A stretch of DNA of 64,000 bases from Eledone cirrhosa (Eukaryota). Below are positions 28,121 to 40,884 of the stretch, piece after piece. The notes below the pieces were generated by a model. That model saw nothing but the letters and a program-made list of their open reading frames with translations, was not told the origin of the DNA and searched no databases. The translations under genes were made by a program, and so were the position numbers. The DNA is taken from assembly GCA_964016885.1 (NCBI GenBank), contig OZ024757.1, positions 12,090,001-12,154,000 on the forward strand, written 5' to 3'. Each line of letters starts with the position of its first letter. Position 1 is the first letter of the stretch.

Positions 28121-29261
28121 CTAGCAGTAAAGCCCGGCGTTGCTCGGGGTCGCTCAGTAGCTGTGTTAAAGTTACAATGTTAAGTTTCTTTTTTGGCTTA
28201 AAAACTGTAGTGTCTACTGTGCAGACTTGCATGTGGTGTTCTTGATTAATATTCCCTCAACCAACAATATGCCTTATGAAGTTAAGAAAACATAACGATA
28301 ACCCGAATGTTATAACAAAAGAGGATGCTGGGGATAAAAACTGCACTGGTTATTTATTAACAAAGATCGAAAATGTAAACACCGCAACGCAGAGAAAAAC
28401 AACGTAAGACTCAATGTAAACAGAACAAAGGGAAATAACTCGTCACTTACGCTCAAAAATCGATACATTAGATTCGATTTCGTCACATAGGGTGGGTCAA
28501 TTTGAAATATTTTTTCCGATGTCTTCGCTAGGACTCAATGTACAAGTATAGCAATTTCGGTGCAATTCCGTCAGAAATTCTAAGAGGAGATGTGTGCCAA
28601 AAATCGATAGACAGACAGACAACCACAGCTTTATATATATAGATGTAAACACTGCAACGCAGAGAAAAACAACGGAAGACGCTCAATGTAAACAGAATAA
28701 AGGGAAATAACTCGTCACTTACGCTCAAAAATCGATACATTAGATTCGATTTCGTCACATAGGGTCGGTCAATTTGAAATTTTTTTTTCCGATGTCTTCG
28801 CTAGGGCTCAATGTACAAGTATAGCAATTTCGGTGCAATTCCGTGAGAGATTCTAAGAGGAGATGTGTGCCAAAAATCGATAGACAGACAGACAACCACA
28901 GCTTTATATATATAGATAGATGACATAATCAAAAACAAGAACTTATTTGAAAATTTATTTGACCGATGGTTCCGCCGGACCTTCATCTATAAGTGTAGCA
29001 ATTTCACCGAAATTTGAACGTACGGTTTAAGAGGAGATGTGTGCCGAAGGTTTTAGTAGACAGACAGACAACCTCAGTTTTATATATATAGATGACATAA
29101 TCAAAAACAAGAACTTATTTGAAAATTTATTTGACCAATGGTTCCGCCGGACCTTCATCTATAAGTGTAGCAATTTCACCGAAATTTGAACGTACGGTTT
29201 AAGAGATGTGTGCCGAAGGTTTTAGTAGACAGACAGACAACCTCAGTTTTATATATATAGA
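28121..29261 (-). mobile_element. Non-autonomous Helitron with four stacked 5' ends
   Basis: A|TCTATATATATAAA..(GTCT)n 5' ends at 29261, 29092, 28916 and 28643; one 3' hairpin cccgagcaacgccggg followed by CTAG|T. Confidence 0.85.
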
Positions 29262-29986
29262 TAACTAAGAAAACACACACGGTGTAGAGAAAAGACATGT
29301 TTTATAGCCCATGGTAGTGTGAATAGACCAAAAGACCGCTAAAAATATATATGATATGATATACGTCTAGAAATATATTTTTATCACATGTATGTTAATA
29401 TACATATGAAAATTTAGAGGTGATTTAGCTGCTATTTCTAACATTTTCCACGTTACATATTTTTATTGTTTCGCTGCCATTTCTAGCATTTGTATTTACC
29501 ACACAGACTGAAACGTTTAACAAAGGGGAATAAATCATTAAAGCCTTCGATTTGCTATTATCTCCAATTGCCTGTAAAATTTATGATAGTAATCTAGACT
29601 AGAGAGCCCCTCAATAAATGTTCTTATAACTTTCTTAATAACTTATTTTGTAATAAGGTTTTGCAGAGATACGAATTACAGTTTATAGATTAACATTCTG
29701 GAACTGAAATTACAATATATCTTTACGTACAAATGTACTAAGGCTAGAAATTGCCAGGTAGTGTGTACAATATTTATCACATTTCCTATTTAGTAAAATA
29801 AACTATTTTATCACAACAATATAAAGAAACAGGATATAGATGTATTTGGTACTTCTAGCGTTGTTTACATACATATTCCTATATATGTATGTGTGTATAT
29901 ATATATATATATATATTGTTTATATACATAACACATACATACACACATATGCATATATATATTTATATATGTGTGTGTGTCTGTGT

Positions 29987-30136
29987 GATAGGAAGGGCAT
30001 CCAGCTGTAGAAATGTAGCCAAAATCAGTTCCCATATGAGCAAGACAAGGCTAAAAGACCTAAAATTGCCCACAACAGGACAATCTGTCTAATCTATGCT
30101 AGCGTGGAAGAATCGACGTAAAACGGGGATGATGAT

Positions 30137-30139
<3 letters not shown>
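29987..30139 (+). mobile_element. RTE 3' UTR fragment
   Basis: ggaagggcatccagctgtagaaat...gctagcgtggaagaa..gacgtaaaac(GAT)n; matches 31350-31512. Confidence 0.75.
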
Positions 30140-30234
<95 letters not shown>

Positions 30235-30252
30235 ACTATATATATCTATATG

Positions 30253-30339
<87 letters not shown>

Positions 30340-30485
30340 CATACATTTTTGTGTACCTCTCATTATATATATATATAATGAGAGGTACACAAAAATTTAT
30401 GTCTAATATTTCTTCTTACTTTATAATGTGTTTCATATATATATACATATATGTGTGTGCATATATATATATACATACATATATG

Positions 30486-30534
<49 letters not shown>

Positions 30535-30537
<3 letters not shown>

Positions 30538-31512
30538 GGCTTCACATGCAGCAGCTGTGCTGGGACAGCAAGCAGCAGACAGCCACATGAAACAAGTACC
30601 ACCAATCTCTGAGAGGGCTCTGTAGAAAAAGTAGACAGCTTCTGCTATCTAGGTGACCGAATTAGCAGCGGAGGTGGGTGTTCAGAAAGTACAATAACTA
30701 GGGTAAGAACGGGATGGAAGAAGTTCAGGGAACTACTGCCACTGCTAGCTGCGAAAGGCTTCTCCCTCAAAATGAAAGGCAGACTGTATGATGCGTGTAT
30801 CCGAACAGCAATGTTGCATGGTAGTGCGACCTGGGCGCTGAAGGTGGAAGACTTACGTGGATTAGAGAGAAACGAAGCCTGCATGCTCCGAATATATGCG
30901 AATGGCAAAGCATAAACGAATTGAGAGAGAGACTGAGCATAAGAGGAATCAAATGCTGTGTGCAGGAGAGGCGGTTGCGTTGGTATGGAATGTGATGCGT
31001 ATGAAGGATGACAGCTGCATAAAAAGGTGCAGAGCACTAGAAGTCAATGGAAACCGCGGAGTGGGGAGATCCAAGAAGACCTGGGATGAGGTGATAAAAG
31101 CCGACCTTACCCAATTACACCTCTCAAAGGCGATGACGCACGACCGTGACCTCTGGCGTCACGCAGTAATACAGAGTAGCCGAGCTCCCATGGGTACAAG
31201 CTGAAGCATATAGACAATATGCCCCTACACCCTCCCACTGCAAGGTCGTTGTGGAGGTGCCACGGCAAAAAAGCACCCAGCCCACACTGTAAAGTGGACG
31301 TGTAGGCGACACGAAAAAGCACCCAGCACTCACTGTAAATGAGGTTGGTGTTAGGAAGGGCATCCAGCTGTAGAAATCAAGCCAAAATCAGTTCCTGTAT
31401 GAGGAAGGCATGATCAGCCGACCAGACACTGCCCACAACAGGACAACCCGTCTAACCCATGCTAGCGTGGAAGAACGGACGTAAAACGATGATGATGATG
31501 ATGATGATGATG
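30535..31512 (+). mobile_element. RTE LINE 3' fragment
   Basis: VDSFCYLGDRISSGGGC, GRLYDACIRTAMLHGS, GRSKKTWDEV, 3' UTR and (GAT)n tail. Confidence 0.88.
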
Positions 31513-31624
31513 ATACATATATGTGTGTGCATATATATATATACATATACATACATATATATAAGGGTGAGAAATGAAATGTCATTTTTCTATTTATATA
31601 TATTTATTTATATATATATATATT

Positions 31625-32303
31625 CTATTCTAGGTCGGGAAAAATTCCCGAGATCCATGCACGAGTTCTCTCCAGCAGTCTCTCTCCTTCATTATCACTG
31701 CGTCTCCAACAGACCAGTGTCTGTCCTTAGGGCATCAACATATGTTAACTTTGGTCTTCCTCTTCCAGTGTGTCCATGTAGGGGCTCCCACAGGAGCACT
31801 GAGTGCAATGTCAACTCTGGATTCGGCGAGCATGTTCAGCTAACCTCAGTCTCCTCTGTGTCACATTTGAGCTGACATTTGGGAGGCTCCCATACAGCTC
31901 TGAGTTTTTCATCCTCAGTGTATACTGATTAATGTTCAGAGCCATCCTCACCATTCTCGTGTAGCACCCATCCATCATTTGAGTGAGTTTCTTGGTCAGA
32001 GTCCAAGTCTCGGACCCGTACAGCAGCACAGACTCCACTACACCAATGAAGAGGCGGATTTTCAGGTCTTTACGAAGGTCCGACTTCCACACCGATTTCA
32101 AGCTGTGGCACGCCGCCCAGGCTTTGCTCTTCCTCTCAACCACATCATCTTCCGTATTCCCAATCTTTGCTCCCAAATACAAGAAGTCCTCAACCAATTC
32201 TAGCGGCTTCCCGCCTACATTAGTGATCCCCTCTGGCTTCTCAACATTCTCTACCAGATATTTTGTTTTAGTCTCATTCATTCTCAGCCCCACACTCATC
32301 GAC
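31625..32303 (-). mobile_element. RTE-type LINE 3' fragment of another family
   Basis: [42 protein letters not shown]. Confidence 0.82.
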
Positions 32304-32306
32304 ACA

Positions 32307-32339
<33 letters not shown>

Positions 32340-32342
32340 CGT

Positions 32343-32421
<79 letters not shown>

Positions 32422-32423
<2 letters not shown>

Positions 32424-32622
32424 TGAAAAAGAACAAAGGAACTATTATGAAATTATAACAAGTTTATTGCCGACAGCCGTTTCGTCCGACCATATGGTGG
32501 AACTTTTCAAGGCATATGACATGTTATATGCCTTGAAAATCCCCACCATATGGTCGGACGAAACGGCTGTCGGCAATAAAATTGTTATAATGTCATAATA
32601 ATTCCTTTGTTCTTTTTCACTA
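32422..32622. repeat. ~200 bp palindrome (inverted pLTR) carrying two hammerheads
   Basis: Arms mirror about 32520; each arm has TGCC-TTGAAAA-stem II-GAAAC-ggct-GTC-GGCA. Confidence 0.85.
32527..32577 (+). ncRNA. Type I hammerhead, U3:A8 core variant (mirror copy 32465-32516, minus strand)
   Basis: Stem I TGCC/GGCA, core TTGAAAA, stem II with ACCATATGGT hairpin, GAAAC..GTC, followed by AATAAA. Confidence 0.7.
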
Positions 32623-32728
32623 ATATTTCTGCTCTGCTTACACGCATAGAGCTTAACTAGCTACCGTCAAATATTTGGTAGGTCAGACATGATCATCGCG
32701 ATTCACATACGACCTACCATACATCTTG

Positions 32729-32761
<33 letters not shown>

Positions 32762-32764
<3 letters not shown>

Positions 32765-33170
32765 GAAGGTGAGTAATATTGCAGAACAATAAAACTATGC
32801 ATATATCAGATAAATACCACTCAACAGTTGGTAGAACTGGAGTATATATTAAAGAAGAAATTAAAAGATGGTTAAAAATATATATATATATTTATTAAAA
32901 TAACAGATTAAAGTTTAAGCAAAGAATCGCTGCTTTCATCCTTAACGGGATCTTCTGAAACTATAAAAATCAATCTGTGAATACAGAAGTAAGTATTTCA
33001 AAAAACGTTTCAGCCGAAGGAAGACTGGAAGACAATACTTTGGTTCGTGGAAAGGTTCCCTGGCAAAGAACAGAATAAAACGAAGATAATACGTCATTAT
33101 GGGGAGCGGGGTAACAATTACATGCAAAGACAAAACGACGTTTATGGTGTAACTGAAGTCGTAGACTCAA
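32762..33170 (-). mobile_element. Inverted pLTR related to the 3' end of PLE1
   Basis: Reverse complement matches 25690-25870, including the CAGAAGA hammerhead-like motif. Confidence 0.75.
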
Positions 33171-34936
33171 TTTTATTTAGGAAACCGAAGGAAGCATGGT
33201 AAGGAACCAGGTGGACCATAACGCAGGAATAGCACTCGACACTTTGAGTAGTAGAGGGGTAATAGGAAAAGGTTCAGGACCCCGACGGCAGAGCTCAAGC
33301 CCTTTTGACGGCTATTTCTAGTCCAGAAATAGCCTTAGAAACGGCTTGAGCTCTGCCGTCGGGGTCCTGAACCTTTTCCTATATATATATATAACGAAGG
33401 TAATGTGGTAAGGAACCAGGTGGACCATAACGCACCAAAGTACTCAATACTTAGGGTAGTAGAGTGGGTAATAGGAACAAGTAAGACCCCGACGGCTGAG
33501 CTCAAGCCGTTTCGACGGCTAATTCTGGACTGAATGAAAATTTATTCTGGTATTTAAATAGCCGAGCTTATCAAGGGGTAATTCCATATATGGTCAAAGA
33601 GACAATCACCAGGATTGGTCACATCACAAGTTAGTAGTAAATCGGTGATGGCAAATTGGTGGGGGAAGGGGTAGCTAAACCTGCCGGTAGGAGAAAAAAA
33701 GGGAGAGGGGGTGGAGTAGACCCATTCATGCGTTGGTAGTGCCGGCTACAGCTGGGCGTGAGGTCAAATGGATACTGGGGAGGGGGAGGGGGAGGAATTC
33801 GAAACGGTAAGTAACACAATGAAGGGTATTAATATAAACAGTAGTGATAGAGAGAAAAAAAAAAAAATAAAAAATAAGCAAAGTCTGGTTACTAAGACTG
33901 AAGTCTATCGCTATTGCTAGGCTAAAGAAATACATAAATAAATAAATAAACAAATACGTGAATAAAAGAATAGTTAAATAAATTTAAAAATATATATAAT
34001 GAAGAATAAAATACTAAAGAGACTGCCACGAAATAATAAAGGTTTCTACCCCAATCACAGGGCCAGCAACCACCCAGTGCAAGAAAGTAAACTAGTACGA
34101 GAATATAATTTAGGGTCCCGCAAAAAAATACTAGTGCTAACTCTAAGGGTACCGCCACGAAACGAAAAGTCTTATACACGCTACATGAAAGATCGTACAA
34201 AGTAAAAGTAAAGAACGGAAAATTAATACAGAACCCCCCCCCCCCCCCCCCCCCAAACAAAAGGGAAAAAGAAGAAAGAAATACTGGATAAACGAGAAAT
34301 TAAAGCAAAGATGCCACTAAGAAATATAGAAGGCACAGAAAAAAGGGACAGCGGTCGGAGAAGGGGGCAAGTATCCGAAGTCTAACACCTCTGCTATAAA
34401 AAGCGGAGTCAGCCAAATCTATCATAGAAATGGGGAAGGGGGTGGGGTGTTGAAGCTACAAGGGACCGAGGGGCTACCTCGGGTGGGCGAGAAAAAGACG
34501 ACGACAAAGAAAAGGAACTGGAGTAGAAGGACTAGGGAGGGATTGGGGGAAGAAGGAAATATAGAGGAAGCGATAAAAGAATGTAAAAGAAGATTTTACT
34601 ACTAACTTGTGATGTGACCAATCCTGGTGATTGTCTCTTTGACCATATATGGAATTACCCCTTGATAAGCTCAGCTATTTAAATACCAGAATAAATTTTT
34701 AATTCAGTCCAGAATTAGCCGTCGAAACGGCTTGAGCTCAGCCATCGGGGTCTTACTTGTTCCTATTACCCACTCTACTACCCTAATTATTGAGTACTTT
34801 GGTGCGTTATGGTCCACCTGGTTCCTTACCACATTTCCTTCGTTATCTAGCTCCTATCCCCGTAGTAGAGCACTTTCCGACCCTACCACGCCGTATCCAG
34901 ACTTTTCCGCTAAGCTCAATTTCTTTCACCCGCACC

Positions 34937-37098
34937 ATGCGAAAACACAACATCGACTTCTCTACCAAGAACATCCCAATCCCACCGAAAATACTTAACC
35001 TTCGGATGCTCACGCAAAAAATCGATCTATTTGCGAAAAGACTTAGATGGAGAACTTTTTTCTACGACAGATTTTGCGACAATCAGGACATCGGTACCAA
35101 GGAGAGATTCGGATTTATTACCTACAAATCTCCCCCCCCCCCCCAGAACCCTTTGCTCTCACCCTTCGAGAATGACCTCTTCCAACTGGTCAAGAACCTC
35201 AAATTCAAACCCAGACACAACCGATTCCTACAAAAACTCCGTAGCAACTTAACAGAGTATGATAACACCAATGACATCATGGTGCATTCGGATAAAACTG
35301 GGAACCTATACTTTGTCAAACCCGACAGATACCACACACTGATCAGGAGCAGCCTAAACTCCACCTATAAAAAGGCTAACCACTCATGCATCGAGGACAT
35401 TAATCGAGATGGACAACAAATTACCTCCAGCCTCGGGGTCGCTGACCGCACCGAACCCCTAGACCCACGGACACCATACTTCACACTGAAGGACCACAAA
35501 TCCGATTTCGACCTTAAAACATCTATCAGGCTTATAAACCCAATGAAGTCCGGCATAGGGAGAATCAGCAAAAAAATCCTAGACCGCGTGATACCAAAAG
35601 TCAAGCAACACGCCCGACTTAGCCTATGGATCAACACCCAGGAAGTTATCTCATGGTTCAGCAATATGGAGGATAAACGAGACACTAAATTTATCCAGTT
35701 CGACATAGAGAGCTACTATGCTTCAATCACCTTACCGCTACTTACTGCTGCCTTGGACTTCGCCGAAGCACTTGTTCCCATCACCGACCAGGAAAGAAAA
35801 ATCATCCTCCACGCCAGGAAGACAGTCTTACTCTTTGACAACTCCAAATGAATAAAAAGAGCTCCCGACTCACCCTTCGACGTCAGCATGGGCGCCACAG
35901 ATTCGGCGGAGGTCACAAATCTTATAGGATTATTCCTTATAGCCAAACTCACCGATATGTTTCCTGCTTTCGGTGGTGGATTGTACCGTGATGATGGGCT
36001 CCTTACCCTTAAAGGGTACAACCCCAGTAGTACAGATCGGGTCCGTAAACATTAATCAGCTTCTTCCGCCACTGGGGATTTAAAATAACCCTACAAACGT
36101 CCCTGACCCGAGTTAATTTCCTGGACGTTACCCTTGATCTCAATAATGACCTGTACTACCCATACAGGAAACCCAATGACAACCTGCACTACATCCACCG
36201 CCGATCTAACCATCCTAGGAACATCACCAACAACCTGGTCAAAAACATCTCCCTCCGCATATCCCGTTTGTCAGCTAATGAGAAGATATTCGATTAACAT
36301 GCGCCTTACGACAACCAGGCCCTCAAGCGGAGTGGTTTCCGGGAGGAAATATCCTACTGTCCAGCTCCCATTAGCGGAACCAGCAGGCGACACCGCCGCT
36401 CACGCAATGTAACATGGTTCAATCCTCCCCACAACGCCGAGGTGACAACTCCCATCGGGAAAATTTTCTTTAGGCTCATTGAAAAACACTTCCCACCACA
36501 ACACCGCTACCACAACATAATTAACAAAAATACCATCAAACTCTCTTACAGCACTACACCTAACTTCGCACAAAACATCGTCTCCTCCAACAACAAAAAA
36601 CTCAACCCCCATGGAAGAAACAACCTAAATAGCTGTGGAGAGCCGACCAGGAGGTGCAATTGTCCTGTAAGATCCAGTTGCCCCCTCGACAACAGATGCA
36701 GAGACCGTAATGTGATCTACCAGTGCAACGTGAGCACGGACACCTCCAACAAAGCTTATATAGGATTAACCGCATGTGACTTCAAGACCCGGCTATACCA
36801 ACACAGACATACCTCCCGAAACCCGGCCCGGCGTCACGCCACTACACTTTCGGGCCACATATGGGACCTCAAGGACAACAACATCAACTATGATCTCACT
36901 TAGAAATTACTGTCCAGAGCCAACTCTTACACGGGAGGACGCCGTCCGTGCAATTTATGCTCGGAGGAAAATTTACAAATGGTGTTTTCGACGGACCAAC
37001 TCCTAAACAAGAAAGATGAACTGGTTACTGCATGTAAACACCGATTACGTAGGAATTACCTCGCCATCAAACCCCATAATGACCCGGGGGAGGGGTAG
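34937..37098 (+). pseudogene. PLE2 RT-GIY-YIG ORF, disrupted
   Basis: Stops at ~35849 (Trp to TGA), ~36295 and ~36901 (Trp to TAG), and a frameshift at ~36050. Confidence 0.88.
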
Positions 37099-38169
37099 AC
37101 TAGGGCTATAACAACCCACTTGCCTATTTTATAATGGGTAACCCCTGCTTGCCAATGGAGACGTAAGATCTTCTTTTACATTCTTTATCGCTTCCTCTAT
37201 ATTTCCTTCTTCCCCCCCATCCCTCCCTAGTCCTTCTACCCCAGTTCCTTTTCTTTGTCGTCGTCTTTTTCACGCCCACCCGAGGTAGCCCCTCGGTCCC
37301 TTGTAGCTTCAACACACCCACCCCCTTCCCCTATTCTATGATAGATTTGGCTGACTCCGCTTTTTATAGCAGAGGTGTTAGACTTCGGATACTTGCCCCC
37401 CTTCTCCGACCGCTGTGCCTTTTTTCTGTGCCTTCTATATTTCTTAGTGGCATCTTTGCTTTAATTTCTCGTTTATCCAGTATTTCTTTCTTCTTTTTCC
37501 CTTTTGTTTAGGGGAGGGGGTGTTTCTGTATTAATTTTCCGTTCTTTACTTTTACTTTGTACGATCTTTCATGTAGCGTGTATAAGACTTTTCGTTTCGT
37601 GGCGGTACCCTTAGAGTTAGCACTAGTATTTTTTTGCGGGACCCTAAATTATATTCTCGTACTAGTTTACTTTCTTGCACTGGGTGGTTGCTGGCCCTGT
37701 GATTGGGATAGAAACCTTTATTATTTCGTGGCAGTCTCTTTAGTATTTTATTCTTCATTATATGTATTTTTAAATTTATTTAACTATTCTTTTATTCACG
37801 TATTTGTTTATTTATTTATTTATGTATTTCTTTAGCCTAGCAATAGCAAGAGACTTAAGTCTCAGTAACCAGACTTTGCTTTTTTTTTTTTTTTTTATCT
37901 TTCACTACTGTTTATATTATTACCCTTCATTGTTCTACTTACCGTTTCGAATTCCTCCCCCTCCCCCTCCCCAGTATCCATTTGACCTCACGCCCAGCTG
38001 TAGCCGGCACTACCAACGCATATATGGGTCTATTCCACCCCCTCTCCCTTCTTTTCTTCTACCGGCAGGTTTAGCTACCCCTTCCCCCACCAATTTGCCA
38101 TCACCGATTTACTACTAACTTGTGATGTGACCAATCCCGGTGAGTGTCTCTTTGACCATATATGGAATT

Positions 38170-38263
38170 ACCCCTTGATAAGCTCGGCTATTTAAATACC
38201 AGAATAAATTTTCATTCAGTCCAGAATTAGCCGTCGAAACGGCTTGAGCTCAGCCGTCGGGGT
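38170..38263 (+). ncRNA. Type I hammerhead, U3:A8 core, long stem II (copies 34657-34751 plus strand, 33486-33579 minus strand)
   Basis: ACCCC-TTGATAA-G..CGGCTA..TAGCCG.C-GAAAC-GGC..GCC-GTC-GGGGT. Confidence 0.72.
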
Positions 38264-38299
38264 CTTACTTGTTCCTATATATATATATATGCGTGTGTG

Positions 38300-38763
38300 T
38301 GTTAAGCTATTCTATTAAATCTAACCCAGTATGTCACTGGTACTATATTTTATGAACCCCAGAAGGTTGAAAGGTAAGGTTAGTCTTAGTCTATTAAATC
38401 TACCCCAGTATTTCACTGGTACTATATTTTATCAAACCCAGAAGGTTGAAAGGCAAAGTTAGTCTTAGTCTATTAAATCTACCCCAGTATGTCACTGGTA
38501 TTATATTTTATCAACCCCAGAAATATGAAAGGTAAAGTTAGTCTTAGTCTATTAAATCTACCCCGGTATGTCACTGGTACTATATTTTATCAACCCCAGA
38601 GTATGAAAGGTAAAGTTAGTTTTAGTCTATTAAATCTACCCCATTATGTCACTGGTATTATATTTTATCAAGCCCAGAAGTATGAAAGGTAAAGTTAGTT
38701 TTAGTCTATTAAATCTACCCCAGTATGTCACTGGTATTATATTTTACCAACCCCAGAAGGTTG
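38300..38763 (+). repeat. ~79-bp minisatellite, ~6 units, derived from a SINE CORE segment
   Basis: ctattaaatc recurs at 38312, 38391, 38470, 38549, 38627, 38706; the unit contains actggtactatattttatcaacccc..gaaaggcaaagtt. Confidence 0.85.
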
Positions 38764-39173
38764 GTTGTGTGTGTTTTTTTTATTTCTGTATGAAGTTCAG
38801 ACAGTCAGCCATACAGACACATGATATGAGTGTGCAGCGTTGTAGCTAAGTTTCTGTCAGTTGAAAGCAAGTCTTTGCATTAACCTTTAGAGAGAGCCAC
38901 ACCCTGTTAAATTACATGACCTTAGGTAAGTGTATGGGAGTGACAGGAGGAGAGATAGAGAGAGAGGGGGTGAGAGAAACAGAGAGAGAGAGAAAGAGAG
39001 GGATAGAGAGAGAGGGAGAGAGGGAGATAGAGGGACAGAAAGAGAGGGTGAGAGACACAGTGAGAGAGGGAGAGAGAGAAAGAGAGAGAGAAGTGGGAAG
39101 AATAGAGACTAAAAGTGAAAGAGGCAGAGAGATAGAAAGAAAAATGTAATAGTAATTCTAATGTTGTATTACA

Positions 39174-39250
<77 letters not shown>

Positions 39251-39435
39251 TTATATATATATGCAGAGGTTATATTTCATTTTTGGGATTCAATAAGCTT
39301 AACAATTTTCATAACTGATATAAACCACTCAACAGTTTGCCTTGGTTGCCCTTGAAATATGTAAAATAAAATAAATATGGTTTTATAAATATAGTTTCCG
39401 TTTATTAATATATTATTTATATATATATATATTTA

Positions 39436-39531
<96 letters not shown>

Positions 39532-39658
39532 CATATATATGTATGTATAGGAAAAGCGTCAGGACCCCAACTGCTGATCTCTGGCCGGAGCTCAGCCATT
39601 GGGTTCCTGGCTCTTTTCCTATTACCCACTCTTCTACCCTAAGTATTGAGTACTCTGG

Positions 39659-39853
<195 letters not shown>

Positions 39854-39889
39854 TATATATATATACATACACATATAACATAAACATAT

Positions 39890-40099
39890 ATATATATATT
39901 CATATAGTTATGTAATAAACAACATAAGGCAATTATTCCATTTACCAGTGGTTTCTTAAAAGCAAAAAAATTGCTTTCAATCATCAGAATGAAAAAATCC
40001 TGGTCTATTTATTGATATTGGATTCTAAAAACAAAAATGCAATCTATATGAAAGTGAGGCTGCGAACACACACACACACACAATTATATACATACACAC

Positions 40100-40164
<65 letters not shown>

Positions 40165-40403
40165 CACTCATACATACACACACACATATATACACATATA
40201 TATATGTGTATATATATACACACATACACATACATATACACATACATACATACATACTTAAGTAACAATATATCCATGCAACCACATACATATATACAAC
40301 CACACACACATATATACACACATATATATAGCAATATAAATATATATATATATATATGCAGACACATACACATACATAGCAATACACACATACATATACA
40401 TAC

Positions 40404-40434
<31 letters not shown>

Positions 40435-40852
40435 CATACATACATACATACATACATACATACACACAATCATACCTATATACACACGTACATACATACA
40501 CATACATAAATGCATACATATGCATGCATAAAATTTGAAAAATATACACACACCTCTACATATTCACACACGCAAATAAATATAAGAAAAAATATATATA
40601 AAAAATAATAAAAGAAAATACAGACTGTTATAAAGTTGACAGCGATACAAGCAACAAATAAATGAGTAAACTCACGTGGTAAGCAATACACACAAATGCA
40701 CGTACACATACATACGTAAAAATAAATACATACACACACTCTCACACATAAATATACATATACAAATACATAAACACATACATACGCATACACAAATACA
40801 TACACAAACACACACACACACATATACATACATACACACACACATACATACG

Positions 40853-40884
<32 letters not shown>

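Larger units (their letters stand above)
33393..38276 (+). mobile_element. Penelope-like element 2, near full-length: inverted pLTR (33393-34597), partial direct pLTR (34598-34860), ORF, 3' pLTR (37110-38276)
   Basis: ~1.2 kb inverted terminal copies; ORF MRKHNIDFSTKNIPIP..SDKTGN..QFDIESYY..YRDDGL..WFNPPH..CNC..CPL..VIYQC..AYIGLT; ends at (TA)n. Confidence 0.93.

Noticed and set aside
35849-35851. In-frame TGA in PLE2 as possible selenocysteine (as in Naiads)
   Set aside because: It aligns to Trp in PLE1; TAA/TAG stops and a frameshift also occur; no SECIS recognised.
38300-38763. CRISPR-like array
   Set aside because: Whole units repeat with no unique spacers; SINE-derived; eukaryotic context with no cas genes.
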